DNA from: Octopus sinensis
Lineage: Eukaryota
Direction of reading: 5' to 3'
Length of the DNA stretch: 64,000 bases
Assembly (NCBI RefSeq): GCF_006345805.1
Contig: NC_042997.1
Location: 212,784,001-212,848,000 of the forward strand
Each line of letters starts with the position of its first letter. Position 1 is the first letter of the stretch. The position numbers and the translations under genes were made by a program. This document shows, one piece after another, positions 12,414 through 24,683 of the stretch. Below the pieces are notes generated by a model. The model had not been told where the DNA came from and did not search any database. It saw nothing but the letters and a program-made list of their open reading frames with translations.

Positions 12414-13936
12414 ATATATATATATATAAAACTGAGAATGTGTGTCTGTCTGTCTGTCTGTGTGTTTCCCTAAAACTTGAGAACTACACAACCAATTTCA
12501 TTCAAATTTTACTCATGCCTTACTTAGGGTCCATGTAGTTTCATGGGCAAAAAAAATATTTAACTTCTTGCCTAGGGCGAGCCCATAGCAATATCATATC
12601 TTCTCCACTATTTCAGTATTACGTGTTAAAAGTGAAACAAAAACATTTCTCTATTTTATATCAGATACTTTCACTTTAACAATAAAAATTAGAGATAATA
12701 ATAACAATTGAATTATATGTAGTAAGTAATAATTAAAATCAAACTAAATTAAATCGTAACATAACAATTAAAAGTAAAAATAGCAATTGGTATAAAATTG
12801 CATCAATGACTTGAGTTTGAATAAGTGGTTTCATATGAATGGGAAATCAAAAATAAAATTAGTGTGCAGAAATGGAATAGTCCAGATGGAGCTGTGCACA
12901 TAACGTTTACCATGGCTTTTACATTAGATTATCTGCTAATTAGCTAGCCTTAAGTATCTATATGAAGTTTGGCTGTATGTAATATCTGTTTTCTCGAACA
13001 GCCGCTTCTACTGAGTACTGCTGTTGGTTTATTTTTTATACATAAAGGACTATAGCTTCAACTGCGTACTGCCTTTTGATTCACCGTAAGGTTTGTTGTT
13101 ATTATTATTACTGTTCAACTATTGTTATCACGTTTGTTGGTTCCTCATAAGGGAAACGTTGTTGTGTTGCATTTGTTAAATAATTGTAAACTGTAACCCT
13201 CCCCCTTTGGGAGAAGGAGCTTTGGTTATTGTTTAAAAATTGAATTGTGTCCCTGTTTGGGGAAATTGACAATATTTTCACGGTTTACCCAGAAGCATTT
13301 TTGTTAGAATGCCTTCGATAGAAGAAAGTCCAAAAATGAATTTCGCTCCAGCCGTCAGCAGGCGCGAACTCATTAAAATTAAAATGGAAGAAATACAAAC
13401 CTATTTCGGATTAATCACCGACAAAGACGGTGAATCTAGGATAACACCACCAAACGAAATAAAAAATTAAATTAAAGAAAAGACTATTGTCTATAAAGTA
13501 TACAATGTAGAGAAGAAAAAAAAGATTTGAATACCTGGAGGAAAGCACCATCGAAAAGTGTCTTGGTGCGACTATGAAAGATATCTAACCAGAAGTGGTA
13601 AATTCGTCACAATAGAAGCAAGGTTCGAGTCAACGGAGCGTGCAAGGGAGTACTCAACTCAAACCTTGCAAAGTGGAAATATTTTATTTTTACCTTTATA
13701 TCTGGGACGTAGGACGTCCCGGAAAAAAATTTAAAATGTCCCCCCAGAAGTAGAGGTAGGCTGGATTGTAGCCACACTTCTATACAAGAGGGAGGACAAG
13801 ATTCAATTGATCGAAATTGCAAGCGACGGGCCTACAATTCCAGTCTGTTATATATTTCGAGTATTGTTATCACTAGTGATATCAAGATATAACTTTGTAT
13901 TTTGTATTTTATGTGTAGATGTATAAATATAGATGT

Positions 13937-14022
<86 letters not shown>

Positions 14023-14069
14023 TACATGCTTTAGCACTATGACCTGGCAACGGCGGGTCATAATGCTAG
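12414..14069 (+). mobile_element. Non-autonomous Helitron (~1.65 kb) carrying a LINE ORF1-like fragment
   Basis: 5' end tatataaaactgagaatgtgtgtctgtctgtc; 3' hairpin TATGACC...GGTCATA then CTAG|T at 14066-14070. A near-identical inverted copy lies at 24684-25765. Confidence 0.8.
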
Positions 14070-14079
14070 TATATATATA

Positions 14080-14800
14080 AAGAAGCCAGAAAATAGAGAA
14101 ATATGGATAAATTGACTTACATCAATTATTATTTATTGATTCAACCCAAATAGACTGCATCCCATCTAACAGCTGTTTCTGCTTCCAATGTTGTATGGTA
14201 TTGCCATTGATATGCTAAAATATTTATCATATTTGATAATAAACCCCATCTGAAACATGGAGTGAAGAATAGGTAAAGAAGAAGAGCGTAGAGACGAAAA
14301 AAGAAGTTGAATACGGTTGTATTCCTACCATTTTGTTTGCGTATCTCTTTGGGATGTTAAGTAAATGATTAGTCCTTTGTACCGTGGATAATATAATATT
14401 TGTGAAGAATGGTGTTGTAGTCACATATTGATTGGAATAATTTAAAATATTTTCGAAAACAAACGAAAGGACTAATACACCAATTTTTTTTTTTAGTTTA
14501 GTTTAGTCATTTACATAACGTCCGAAAAAGATACGCAAGCAAAATGGTATGATAACAACCATTTTCAACTTTTCCCTTTCTACGCTCTTCTTCTTTATTT
14601 ATTCTTCACTCTGATGATGCTCCATGTTTCAGATCGGTTTTATGACCAAATACGATAAATATTTTAGCATATCAATGGCAATACCATACAACGTTGGAAG
14701 CAAAAGCAGTTGTTAGATGGGATGCAGACTATTTGTATTGAATTAATAAATAATAATTGATGTAAGTCAATTGTTGTTCATCAATATTTTCTGTCTTCTT
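14080..14800. repeat. Fold-back element with ~290-bp inverted arms containing hammerhead-ribozyme remnants
   Basis: 14080-14373 is a diverged reverse complement of 14503-14800. CTGATGA at 14611 (+); GAAAC-AGCT-GTT on the minus strand near 14168-14179. Confidence 0.85.
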
Positions 14801-15129
14801 TAAATTTTGATTCTTGATAAACTCATATTTATCCTTGTTTTTACCTATAATTTATGAGCACATGTTTGTATATGCATGCTCGTGGATAAACATAGGTAAT
14901 TTACCGGTTGGGTAATGAATACGTCTATCCCTTAGACAGTTACATACATACATACATACATATATAGGGAAAGACGAAGACAGGTGGTGTACAAAATAAA
15001 CAGATGTATTAGTATAACGCTCAGGAATACACACACACACACATATATGTATATATATATACACACATATATATATAGGTATATATGTATGCATATATGC
15101 ATCTCTCTATCTGTCTATCTCTCTATCTA

Positions 15130-15420
15130 AGACATTCCTATGAATTAACTATCCAGACATTGTGAGTTACATAGACCTCTCAACCAAAGTCAAGCTCGGA
15201 CATTTTGTCCAATAAATAGTGAGATGTAAGTAGAGCGGGATAGAACAACATGGGTTGTTTGATAATACAAGCAGTGAACTGGAACATTGAAGGGAAAAGA
15301 AAGAGAAGCTTAATAGAAAAGGAACTGAAAAATGACCGATCTGGCATGGAACAAGACAGATTCTTACGACTGCTGGAGAGAGTCTCTTTTACGACAGGAA
15401 TCTCAACAAGGCCAAGATGT
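15130..15420 (+). pseudogene. Highly degenerate RTE LINE C-terminus
   Basis: A WNIEGKRKR-like stretch near 15280-15310. Confidence 0.4.
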
Positions 15421-16486
15421 TGCTAGGCTTCTAGCTTACAGGAATTTATTTGTCAAACTATACACTAGCAAACATTAACTGAAAATACTAATAATATTCG
15501 TATCGTATATAATAAATAACTTAAATAGCCTACATTTAGCCATTTGTAGAAACTTATTCATGCTGAACAAATTGAAATTATAAAAACGGGAATATTTTCT
15601 ATTGAAACTTGAACTATAAAATCCCTTTGTTTAAAAACGATTGTTAGTTTAATGGAAAGTAAAATACGTAACTTTAAAAATAATTATCTTTCAGTTTCAC
15701 TCTGATTAATTTCAAATAAACTTTTGAAATGAAGGATAATATAATATTTGTGAAGAATGGTGTTGTAGTCACATATTGATTGGAATAATTAAAAATATTT
15801 TTGAAAACAAACGAAAGTTTATTTAAACCTTTGCAGCAAAACTAATTGAAAATGGCCACTGAATGGGGCCATGTTCAGACATTGTTTAAACAGCACGAGA
15901 ATTTGTTGTAAACCATTTCGACAGTGGCTTTTACTACCTGAAGATCTCTAACAAACATTCAACGTTTTCAGCAAACAATTGATCGCGGTCAATGAGAGGA
16001 GAAAGACCAAAGAAATCGATAAGAGTCAATATGTTTGAATAGAAACTGGTTTCGGATAATAAAGGCTGCTTTACACAGACAAAATATTGACTGAACGATC
16101 ATCAGTAAATATAAACTTATTCAGTCTCTCTATCGCTCTGTTTGTTTTCTTTCGATTCAAAAAACACTTGGAGGAAATCTAGCTTCATAAAATATGTAGC
16201 CAGCAGAGTTTGTAACAAATCTATCCATGTTGAGCTGAAACAGTGTGGGGCAGCTTATCGCATTTTATAATCACACGGAGGAAGCAAATGATCCGGGAGC
16301 GGAAATATTTGATAATAAAGAGAATTATTTTAAAGGTATTATTGTGTGTGGGGGGTCTCAATATCCTCCTCCTCATCATCATCATTGTCAACAACAAAAC
16401 AAGTACCACCACCAACAGACCAGCTACACATCCTAACTAGTATATTTATCACTACCACTACACTCAATAATACTGTACACACACAC

Positions 16487-16517
<31 letters not shown>

Positions 16518-16838
16518 TATGTAAGTCTAATGTAGTCTAGCAATGGTCTGTCCTCAGGCGGGTCCTATGCTTGCGAACCTTCTCCAGCACTCTTTATATG
16601 ACACGAGAGGGCCTTTCTCCTCCCCGGCCGCTGTTAAGTTGACAATGGGAACTTCGGGTATCATAAATAGACTTGGGATGAATATTGGAGTGGTTTCTCG
16701 TTGCCTCCTCCGGGCAGGTGGATTCGAACTCAGAGAGCCAACGTGCCAAAGCTTCTGCCACTCTCTTTCCTCTCGGAGAACAAAGAAAAATGGTTTTGCT
16801 CGGTCTAGTCTGGGAAGTGGATCCACAATCTAATGATC

Positions 16839-17058
16839 TATTTCTTTATTGCCCACAAGGGGCTACACACAGAGGGGACAAACAAGGACAGACAAAGGGA
16901 TTAAGTCAATTACATCGACCCCAGTGCGTAACTGGTACTTATTTAATCGACCCCGAAAGGATGAAAGGCAAAGTCGACCTCGGCGGAATTTGAACTCAGA
17001 ACGTAGCGGCAGACGAAATACGGCTACACATTTCGCCCAGCGTGCTAACGTTTCTGCC
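16839..17058 (-). mobile_element. SINE family B with an 11-bp TSD
   Basis: Family B sequence flanked by ATCTAATGATC at 16828-16838 and 17059-17069. Confidence 0.9.
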
Positions 17059-17523
17059 ATCTAATGATCGTGAGCGCAACACCCTGACAACTAGGTCATG
17101 TGCCTTCATAAACACACACACACATAAGTTTATTATGTCTTGGAGTGACTGAGAACCCAGTGGAATATCAGGGTGAACGGGTTGGGTCGATTTTGGTTGG
17201 CAACCAGTACGAGTAAACGCAGAGAGAAAAGAAATCGAAGTGGAAACTTAAAGAGGACAACGTTCCATACTAACTGACATCCTTTGCAGCTGAGTTGATG
17301 ACAAATATATTGCTTTGTATGACTTTATACTACATTTGTGAGGCTCCGATGTCTGGGGTATGCAGGATCTCCTACCATTGCCCAGGTTTGCGCCCCACGG
17401 ACGTTGTTACAAAGGCGAAAAATTAAGCCAGGAGACAGCAGTTACGATTATGAGTGAAACCAGACTGGTATAAATTATAAACACCATTCTGTGGATTCTT
17501 TGGCTGATTGGTGTTTAGAAATT

Positions 17524-17580
<57 letters not shown>

Positions 17581-17658
17581 AATATATGAATTATATATAA
17601 TATATATATATATATATTTTGTGAAATTGAATTTTTCCCTGTAAGTTTGGAATAATAT

Positions 17659-17718
<60 letters not shown>

Positions 17719-18002
17719 TCATCATCATCGTTTAACGTCCGTTCTCCATGCTAGCATGGGTTGGACAATATATATATATATATATATATATATGCATACA
17801 CATACACACACACACATATATACATATGCATATGTGGGCACAGAACGTCACGAAACGTGTACAACAAAAAAGTACAAAGCACAAGTACATGGAATATGAA
17901 CTATTCTTTCGAACAACGAAAGACACAAATGGAAAACAAAACAAACAACATAAAAAGCGACCCTTCATCCGTTGTTGGCTGTTTTTCTAGTCTCGTATTT
18001 CG

Positions 18003-18096
<94 letters not shown>

Positions 18097-18299
18097 ATTC
18101 AAACAAGAAAACACAGAAAAAAAGAGAAAAAAACACAGCAACGCGAGGACGTGGAACAATTAAAGTATTATTGACGCTCAGGAAAGAAGGGAAGGAGGGT
18201 TATGTATATATATATGTAGAGGGTTTTTTACTCTTGTGGGTTCGAGGTCGTTGTGAATTCTTGGCAAAGAAGAAGAAGAAGAAGAAATAGTGCAAAGAA

Positions 18300-19080
18300 C
18301 AGAACAATTTGATAATCCTCGGAAGCATACTTAATCCGGAAGGAGGTGAAGCAGGAATACACCCTCGTATCGACGTTTTATTATTTTTTCTGTAAACTTC
18401 CCCATCATACTGCTAAGATATCCGATAACTGAGTGTATCTGTTCACAAGGTCCGATGGTAAATTCGTCAACATATATAGCTCAGAAAAATGGTCCAAGGA
18501 TGTTGATCCTTGGTCAGTTCCTCAGTCATATTACCAGCTTGATCTCTTACCAACAGTCTGGTCTCCGGAGACTAATCCGTTTCCTTACCACCAGTCTGAA
18601 GAAAGCAGGGATCATAGTTCAGGATTTCAGCAAAGTTCTCATTATCAGTGTGGATGACCACACTTTGCAAGTGGTAGGTTAATTTCCCCACCTAAGATAC
18701 ACGGCTTCCAAAAACTATCCGTCAACTCAGAACTCAAGAGATGGAAAAGGAAAGCTGTTGCTGCTATAACTAAGTTTTTCAAGAGAATATAGAAAAATAA
18801 CAAGCTCACTCCAATCACTAAAACCCATTTGTACATGACTTGTGCCTTCTCGGCCACGGCAAATTGACAACATACATGTAGTTAGAGTACCGTCTGAACA
18901 AATTCGATCTGCATCAACCTCAAGTCGTTGAGATCTCTGGGAAGTACCATGTACCAAACACTAACATTATAGACCAGACCACCAGACCCAAGTATTGTCT
19001 TGTTGTACAAACGATGTGTGGCCACGTCCGCCATATATAGGACGGCCACACAACCCCAACGATATTATGCATAAAGACCT
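18300..19080 (-). pseudogene. Degenerate CR1/L2-like LINE reverse transcriptase
   Basis: Minus-strand remnants QMGF..S, EAVYL and QGS-ILGPFF..YVD..LPSD, with stops and frameshifts. Confidence 0.55.
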
Positions 19081-20004
19081 TACCATAAGCTTACACCCTG
19101 TCTTTCAAACTGTTAGCATCAGGACAGACACATGAAAACAGACAACCACAAATTGCATTTTGTTTTAGGGCTGTTTTTCATGACTGGAACATCTTTTATC
19201 AAAGTTCCCCGTGATGTGGCCAAACAACAATAGCCTATTGTCGTAAAGAAATGTTGAGTACAAAACTGAGGTAAGAGAATTGTTTCAAACGTTTCATGGG
19301 CAGAATTTATCAGAATTTTTATTAAATAGGTTTCAAGAAAAAGAAAGAAAAGTTTTCAAAAAAAGATATTTCTGTTTATCTGATGAAAGTAAGCAAGAAG
19401 TTTGACTTATTAGGTGTGTCATGGGAAATAAAGTCCAAAGCCACAAATACGAAAAGTGCTACAGAAATGATTTGTATTTTAACATTGAAGATAAGTCGTA
19501 TACTATAGATATTGAATCTGACTTTATTCAATCTAATGATTACATTGATTCTGCTAAAATCTCTGAAGGTTTGAATGAAGAGAAATGAAATTTTTCTTGT
19601 GAATGATGCTTGGAAGAGAAACCATTATTTGTTTCAATGGAATCTTTTGACAAGAAGATGAGAAGGGAAAACTTTTTTGTCAAATAAAAATTACATATCA
19701 GATAAGTACAGAAAGGGAAACACACACGAGATACATATTTACGTGTCTATACACATCTGTGTGCATGTGTGAATGTGTTTGTGTGCATGTACACACACAC
19801 ACACACACATGTATGTACGTATATTTCTATTAAAGCTTGTTTTTCTGTAATGTTACAGATAAAAACAGTTTAACATCAAACTGAAGGATTACTCAATGCT
19901 CTTTAGTCAAGTACATATTTATTTTGTGGAGGGATAACTGTGACTTCGGAGTTACCCATTGCTCACTGTCATCAGACTAATATATATACATATATATTTT
20001 AAAT

Positions 20005-20286
20005 ATCAAAATAAGTAACAAGGATATCCAAGGTAGTGTAGTACAATCGTTTCATGCTACTTCATTTTATTAAACAATGTAAGTATTACATCAGTTTTAA
20101 AATGACGAGCAATCTTCAGCCACATAAAGAATTGTTTTAATTAAATGGACAATGTACATTTATATACTTATGTGGCTGAAGATTGCTCTACATTTTAAAA
20201 CTGGTGTAATACTTACATTGTTTAATAAAAGGAGCATGAAACGATTGTACTACACTACCATGGATATCCTTGTTGCTTATTTTGAT
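20005..20286. repeat. Fold-back mini-element of two outward-facing hammerhead-bearing arms
   Basis: 20005-20127 is the reverse complement of 20168-20286 with few differences; adjacent to TA-rich repeats. Confidence 0.9.
20171..20254 (+). ncRNA. Type I minimal hammerhead ribozyme with enlarged loop II
   Basis: tgtgg CTGAAGA t-tgctc [~43 nt] gagca-t GAAAC gatt GTA ctaca; stem I tgtgg/ctaca. Confidence 0.7.
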
Positions 20287-21199
20287 TATAATCACCCCAT
20301 TTGATTTATACGGATAATATCATACTTAAGTACCATATTCATCTGAATCTATGTATGTATGTATGTATGTATGATGTATGTATGTATGTATGTATGTATG
20401 TATGTATGTATGTATGATGTATGTATGATGTATGTATGATGTATGTATGATGTATGTATGTATGTATGTATACTTACATACATACATATATATACATAAT
20501 ATATATATATACACATACGTATATATATACATATATACATACATACATACATATATATATATATCTATCTATCTATTTTATTACTAATATGCTTTTTGCC
20601 CGTCTAAGTCCTCGCTCTCTTGTCTATCAACCTTCGCGTATTCCTTTATTAATTTTGCCCGTCCAAGTCCTCGCTCTCTCATCTATCAACCTTCGCCATC
20701 TTGAAGTCTGTTTCTTTAGTACACTTCCGCCTTGTCCAAAAATTCCCTTTCTTAACTTATACTTAAAAGGCCACCCCACACGTGCTCTATCTCATTCACC
20801 TAGCAGCTATATCCTGAGTACAGATAAGTTGAAAACTTATTTTCACTTCTCGACCAATCATACTACACTCAAAACATGTTTTTATATCTATCTATCTATT
20901 TTATTACCCGTCTAAGTCCTTGCTCTCTCATCTATCAACCTTTGCGTATTCGCGGTGCACCCGCCCTGCCCAACCCCACCACCAATACCGGATATCTCTA
21001 TATTTTTGCTCCATCTATACCGGATGTCGCTTCTCCCACCACCATTATAGGTGTCTACTCTTCGAACCCCCCTCTTCAATACGCTATTTCACCATGCATT
21101 ACCCCTCTCGTGATATCCTACGTTCTACTTGTCTAGAACCTGTCATCGTTTCTCTGAACACCCCTCCCCACTGGTGCTCCCCTATATTTCTGCACCCCA

Positions 21200-21518
21200 C
21201 CCCACATAAAAAGCACCATCCGAACGTGGCCGATGCCAGCACCGCCCCGACTGGCTTCTGTGCAGGTGGCACATAAAAAGCACCAACCGACCGTGGCCGA
21301 TGCCAGACCCCTCTGGCACCTGTGCAGGTGGCACGTAAAAAGCACCCACTACACTCGCGGAGTGGTTGGCGTTAGGAAGGGCATCCAGCTGTAGAAACAC
21401 TGCCAGACCAGACTGGAGCCTGGGGCAGCCCCTGGCTCCCCAGACCCCGGTCGAAACCGTCCAACCCGTGCTAGCGCGGAAAACGGACGTTAAACGATGA
21501 TGATGATGATGATGATGA
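21200..21518 (+). mobile_element. RTE-family 3' tail with unit array
   Basis: Two to three ~58-bp units, conserved tail and (GAT)n. Confidence 0.88.
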
Positions 21519-21782
21519 TACATACATACATACATATATATATATATATACATATATACATACATACATATATATATATACATATATACATACATACATA
21601 CATATATATATATATACATATATACATACATATATACATATATATATACATATATACATACATACATATATATACATATATACATACATACATACATATA
21701 TATATATACATATATACATACATACATATATATATATATACATATATACATACATACATACATATATATATATACATAAGCT

Positions 21783-22910
21783 AGTATGCTCCGATGGATG
21801 TGTAACGTCAGTGTTCATAATCGACAGAGTGTAAGTACCTTGAGAGAAAAGTTGAACCTAAGAAGTATCAGTTGTTGTGTGCAAGAGAGACGTATGCGCT
21901 GGTATGGTCATGTGATGAGAATGGCTGAAGATAGTTGTGTGCGAAAGTGCCACACCCTGGCAGTTGAGGGGACCTGTGGAAGAGGTAGACCCAGGAAAAC
22001 CTGGGTCGAGGCGGTGAAGCACGACCTTCGAACTTTAGGTCTCACCAAGGAAATGACCAGTGACCGAGACCTTTGGAGGTATGCTGTGCGTGAGAAAACC
22101 CGGCAAGACCAGTGAGAACAGTCAAAATCAAGATCAAACCAAATTGAGGTCGATCAACATCAGGTCCCCCGTGCAGGTGACACGTAAAAGTACCATCCGT
22201 TCGTAGCCGTTCGCCAGCCCTGTCTGGCCCCCGTGTAGGTGGCATGTAAAAGCACCATCCGTTCGTGTTCGTTGCCAGCCTGGCCTGGCCCCCGTGCCGG
22301 TGACACGTAAAAGTACCATCCGTTTGTGGCCGTTTGCCAGCTCTGTCTGGCCCCCGTGCCGGTGACACGTAAAAGCACCATCCGTTCGTGGCCGTTTGCC
22401 AGCCCTGTCTGGCCCCCATGTCGGTGACATGTAAAAGCACCATCCGTTCGTGTCCGTTGCCAGCCTCGCCTGGCCCCCGTGCCGGTGACATGTAAAAGCA
22501 CCATCCGTTCGTGGCCGTTTGCCAGCCCTGTCTGGCCCCCATGTCAGTGGCATGTAAAAGCACCATCCGTTCATGCCCATTGCCAGCCTCGCCTGGCCCC
22601 CGTGCCGGTGACACGTAAAAGCACCATCCGTTCGTGTCCGTTGCCAGCCTCGCCTGGCCCCGTGCCGGTGACACGTAAAAGCACCATCCGTTCGTGGCCG
22701 TTTGCCAGCTCTGTCTGTGCAGGTGGCACTTAAAAAGCACCCACTACACTCACGGAGTGGTTGGCGTTAGGAAGGGCATCCAGCCGTAGAAACACTGCCA
22801 GATCTGACTGGGCCTGATGAAGCCTTCCAGCTTCACAGACCCCAGTTGAACCGTCCAACCCATGCTAGCATGGAGAACGGATGCTAAATGATGATGATGA
22901 TGATGATGAT
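21783..22910 (+). mobile_element. 5'-truncated RTE LINE: RT C-terminus, about 10 tandem ~60-bp 3' UTR units and (GAT)n tail
   Basis: ORF 21786-22115 (WYGHVMRM..GRGRPRKTW..DRDLWR) matches 7163-7687. Array at about 22165-22740. Confidence 0.92.
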
Positions 22911-22957
22911 ACATACATACATACATATATATATACATACATACATACATACATACA

Positions 22958-22993
<36 letters not shown>

Positions 22994-22998
22994 TATAT

Positions 22999-23135
22999 AA
23001 ACCTTCGAACAGGTTTATAATGGACACAGATTGTGTGTCAAATAGCTAGCTTGAGGTGGTGGCCTCTTGGAGCTAATCAGCGACAGCTTTAGTCTTATAT
23101 TTATAAGACTGCCATATAAGTATGGCGATAACTAT
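22999..23135 (+). repeat. Solo diverged copy of the 51891-52147 palindrome unit
   Basis: caaatagctagcttgaggtggtggcctcttggagctaatcagcgacagc...tatggcgataact, flanked by (TA)n. Confidence 0.8.
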
Positions 23136-23194
23136 TAATTATATATATATATATATATCATCATCATCATCATCATCGTATATATATATATATA

Positions 23195-23481
23195 GGCGCA
23201 GGAGTGGCTGTGTGGTAAGTAGCTTGCCTACCAACCACATGGTTCCGAATTCATTCCCAATGCGTGGGCAAGTGTCTTATATATGTATATGTGTTTGTGT
23301 CTGTCCCCCAACATCTCTTGACAACAGACGCTGGTGTGTTTACGTTCCCCGTAACTTAGCGGTTCGGCAAAAGAGACCGATAGAATAAGTACAAAGCTTA
23401 CAAAGAATAAATCCTGGAGTCGAGTTGCTCGACTAAAGGCGGTGCTCCAGCATTGCCGCAGTCAAATGACTGAAACAAGAG
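23195..23481 (+). mobile_element. SINE family A, internally deleted
   Basis: GGCGCAGGAGTGGCTGTGTGGTAAG head and family tail. Confidence 0.88.
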
Positions 23482-24039
23482 TATATATATGAAATTTTGA
23501 ATTTAGCTCACGGGGCCCCCAGTACTACCGTTGCGGACCCTCAGGTTGGGAACCAGTGACATAATGTTTGTTCTGTAATAACAGAATGCAGTTATACATT
23601 TTAACTCACATTATCTTTCGTTAAAGATGTTCTGTAATATGAAAATCAAATCTCCGTGCTGTGGTAAATGTAGTGAACTTTATCGAAAATAAGCTTAAAT
23701 AATAATGATCTGTTGACATTTTAATCTCTAATAGAATTTACATCCAGTGATTCCATTCTGCAATGACCCAATGCTGCTGCATTCACTTTGTCTATCATAC
23801 AACCGAATGCTTCATCAATTCTGCCAATTTTAAATTTTCTTATCTACTTCATTGGTCGGATATCAAGCGTACATGAATACGTGTTTATGTATAGATACAC
23901 ACACACAGACATATGCATGTAATTGTGTATATGTGTATGTATGTAAGTGTGTATATGTATGTATCTATCTATATAAGATGTGTAAAATTACAGAATTTAT
24001 AAACCGACTTCGATGGTGAATATTCTTCTACGACAGCAG

Positions 24040-24683
24040 TAATAAAAATGAAAACACTAAGAACAACCTTACATGATAGAAAAACCCTCCTTCTAATCCA
24101 GTTCTCGTAAATTTTGAGAAGGATCTAATGAAGCTTATAAAAGACTTAAAATTTTCTAGGTACACTAATTCCTTCCAGAAAACACTTTCGGAAAACATTT
24201 CGAAAATAAAATCTTCACCGGACTTACATGTATTATCTGATTAAACCGGAAATATTTACTTGTGCCATTTGTTATCTATAATGACCTAATGCTTAAGGAA
24301 TTAAAGGCCAGTTACAAGCATACAAAAAATGCTGCATTGTACGATATTAATAACATCTATTGTAATTTTCTTTCAAACTTGGACCTACTGGACAGAACCC
24401 AACCATACTCACCGAAAACCCCCCAGGGCATCTTAAATCACTATAAACCTAATTTCCAGTCTAAACCTTCCATTAGGCTATTTTGCCCAACTAAATCTGA
24501 TTTAGGTAAAGTTAGAAAATGTATTATCGATAGGATTATACTTCTCGTTAAAAATAAGGTCAAACTCCCTTTGTGGTGTTCTACCGGTGATGTAATCACT
24601 TGGTTCGATCCCTCGAAGATAAGCAGCGTATCCATTTTGTTCAGTTTGATATTTCGAACTATTATGCCTCCATATCTCTTATA
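24040..24683 (+). pseudogene. Degenerate Penelope-like (Naiad-like) RT N-terminal region, truncated by a Helitron
   Basis: ORF 24262-24684 includes HYKPNFQSKPSIRLFCPTKSDLGKVRKCIIDRI, homologous to DHKDNF..PKVRLICPCKSDLGKLSKFILDK at about 61750-61850. Confidence 0.8.

Noticed and set aside
16543-16833. GC-richer overlapping ORFs of 90-96 aa
   Set aside because: No recognisable domain, and one end overlaps SINE debris.
22165-22740. CRISPR-like array or tandem HDV-like ribozymes (CCAGCCTCGCCTGGC resembles HDV P3/L3)
   Set aside because: There are no unique spacers or cas genes. The loop sequence is not conserved across units, P3 is not contiguous with P1, and no J4/2 or P2 could be placed.
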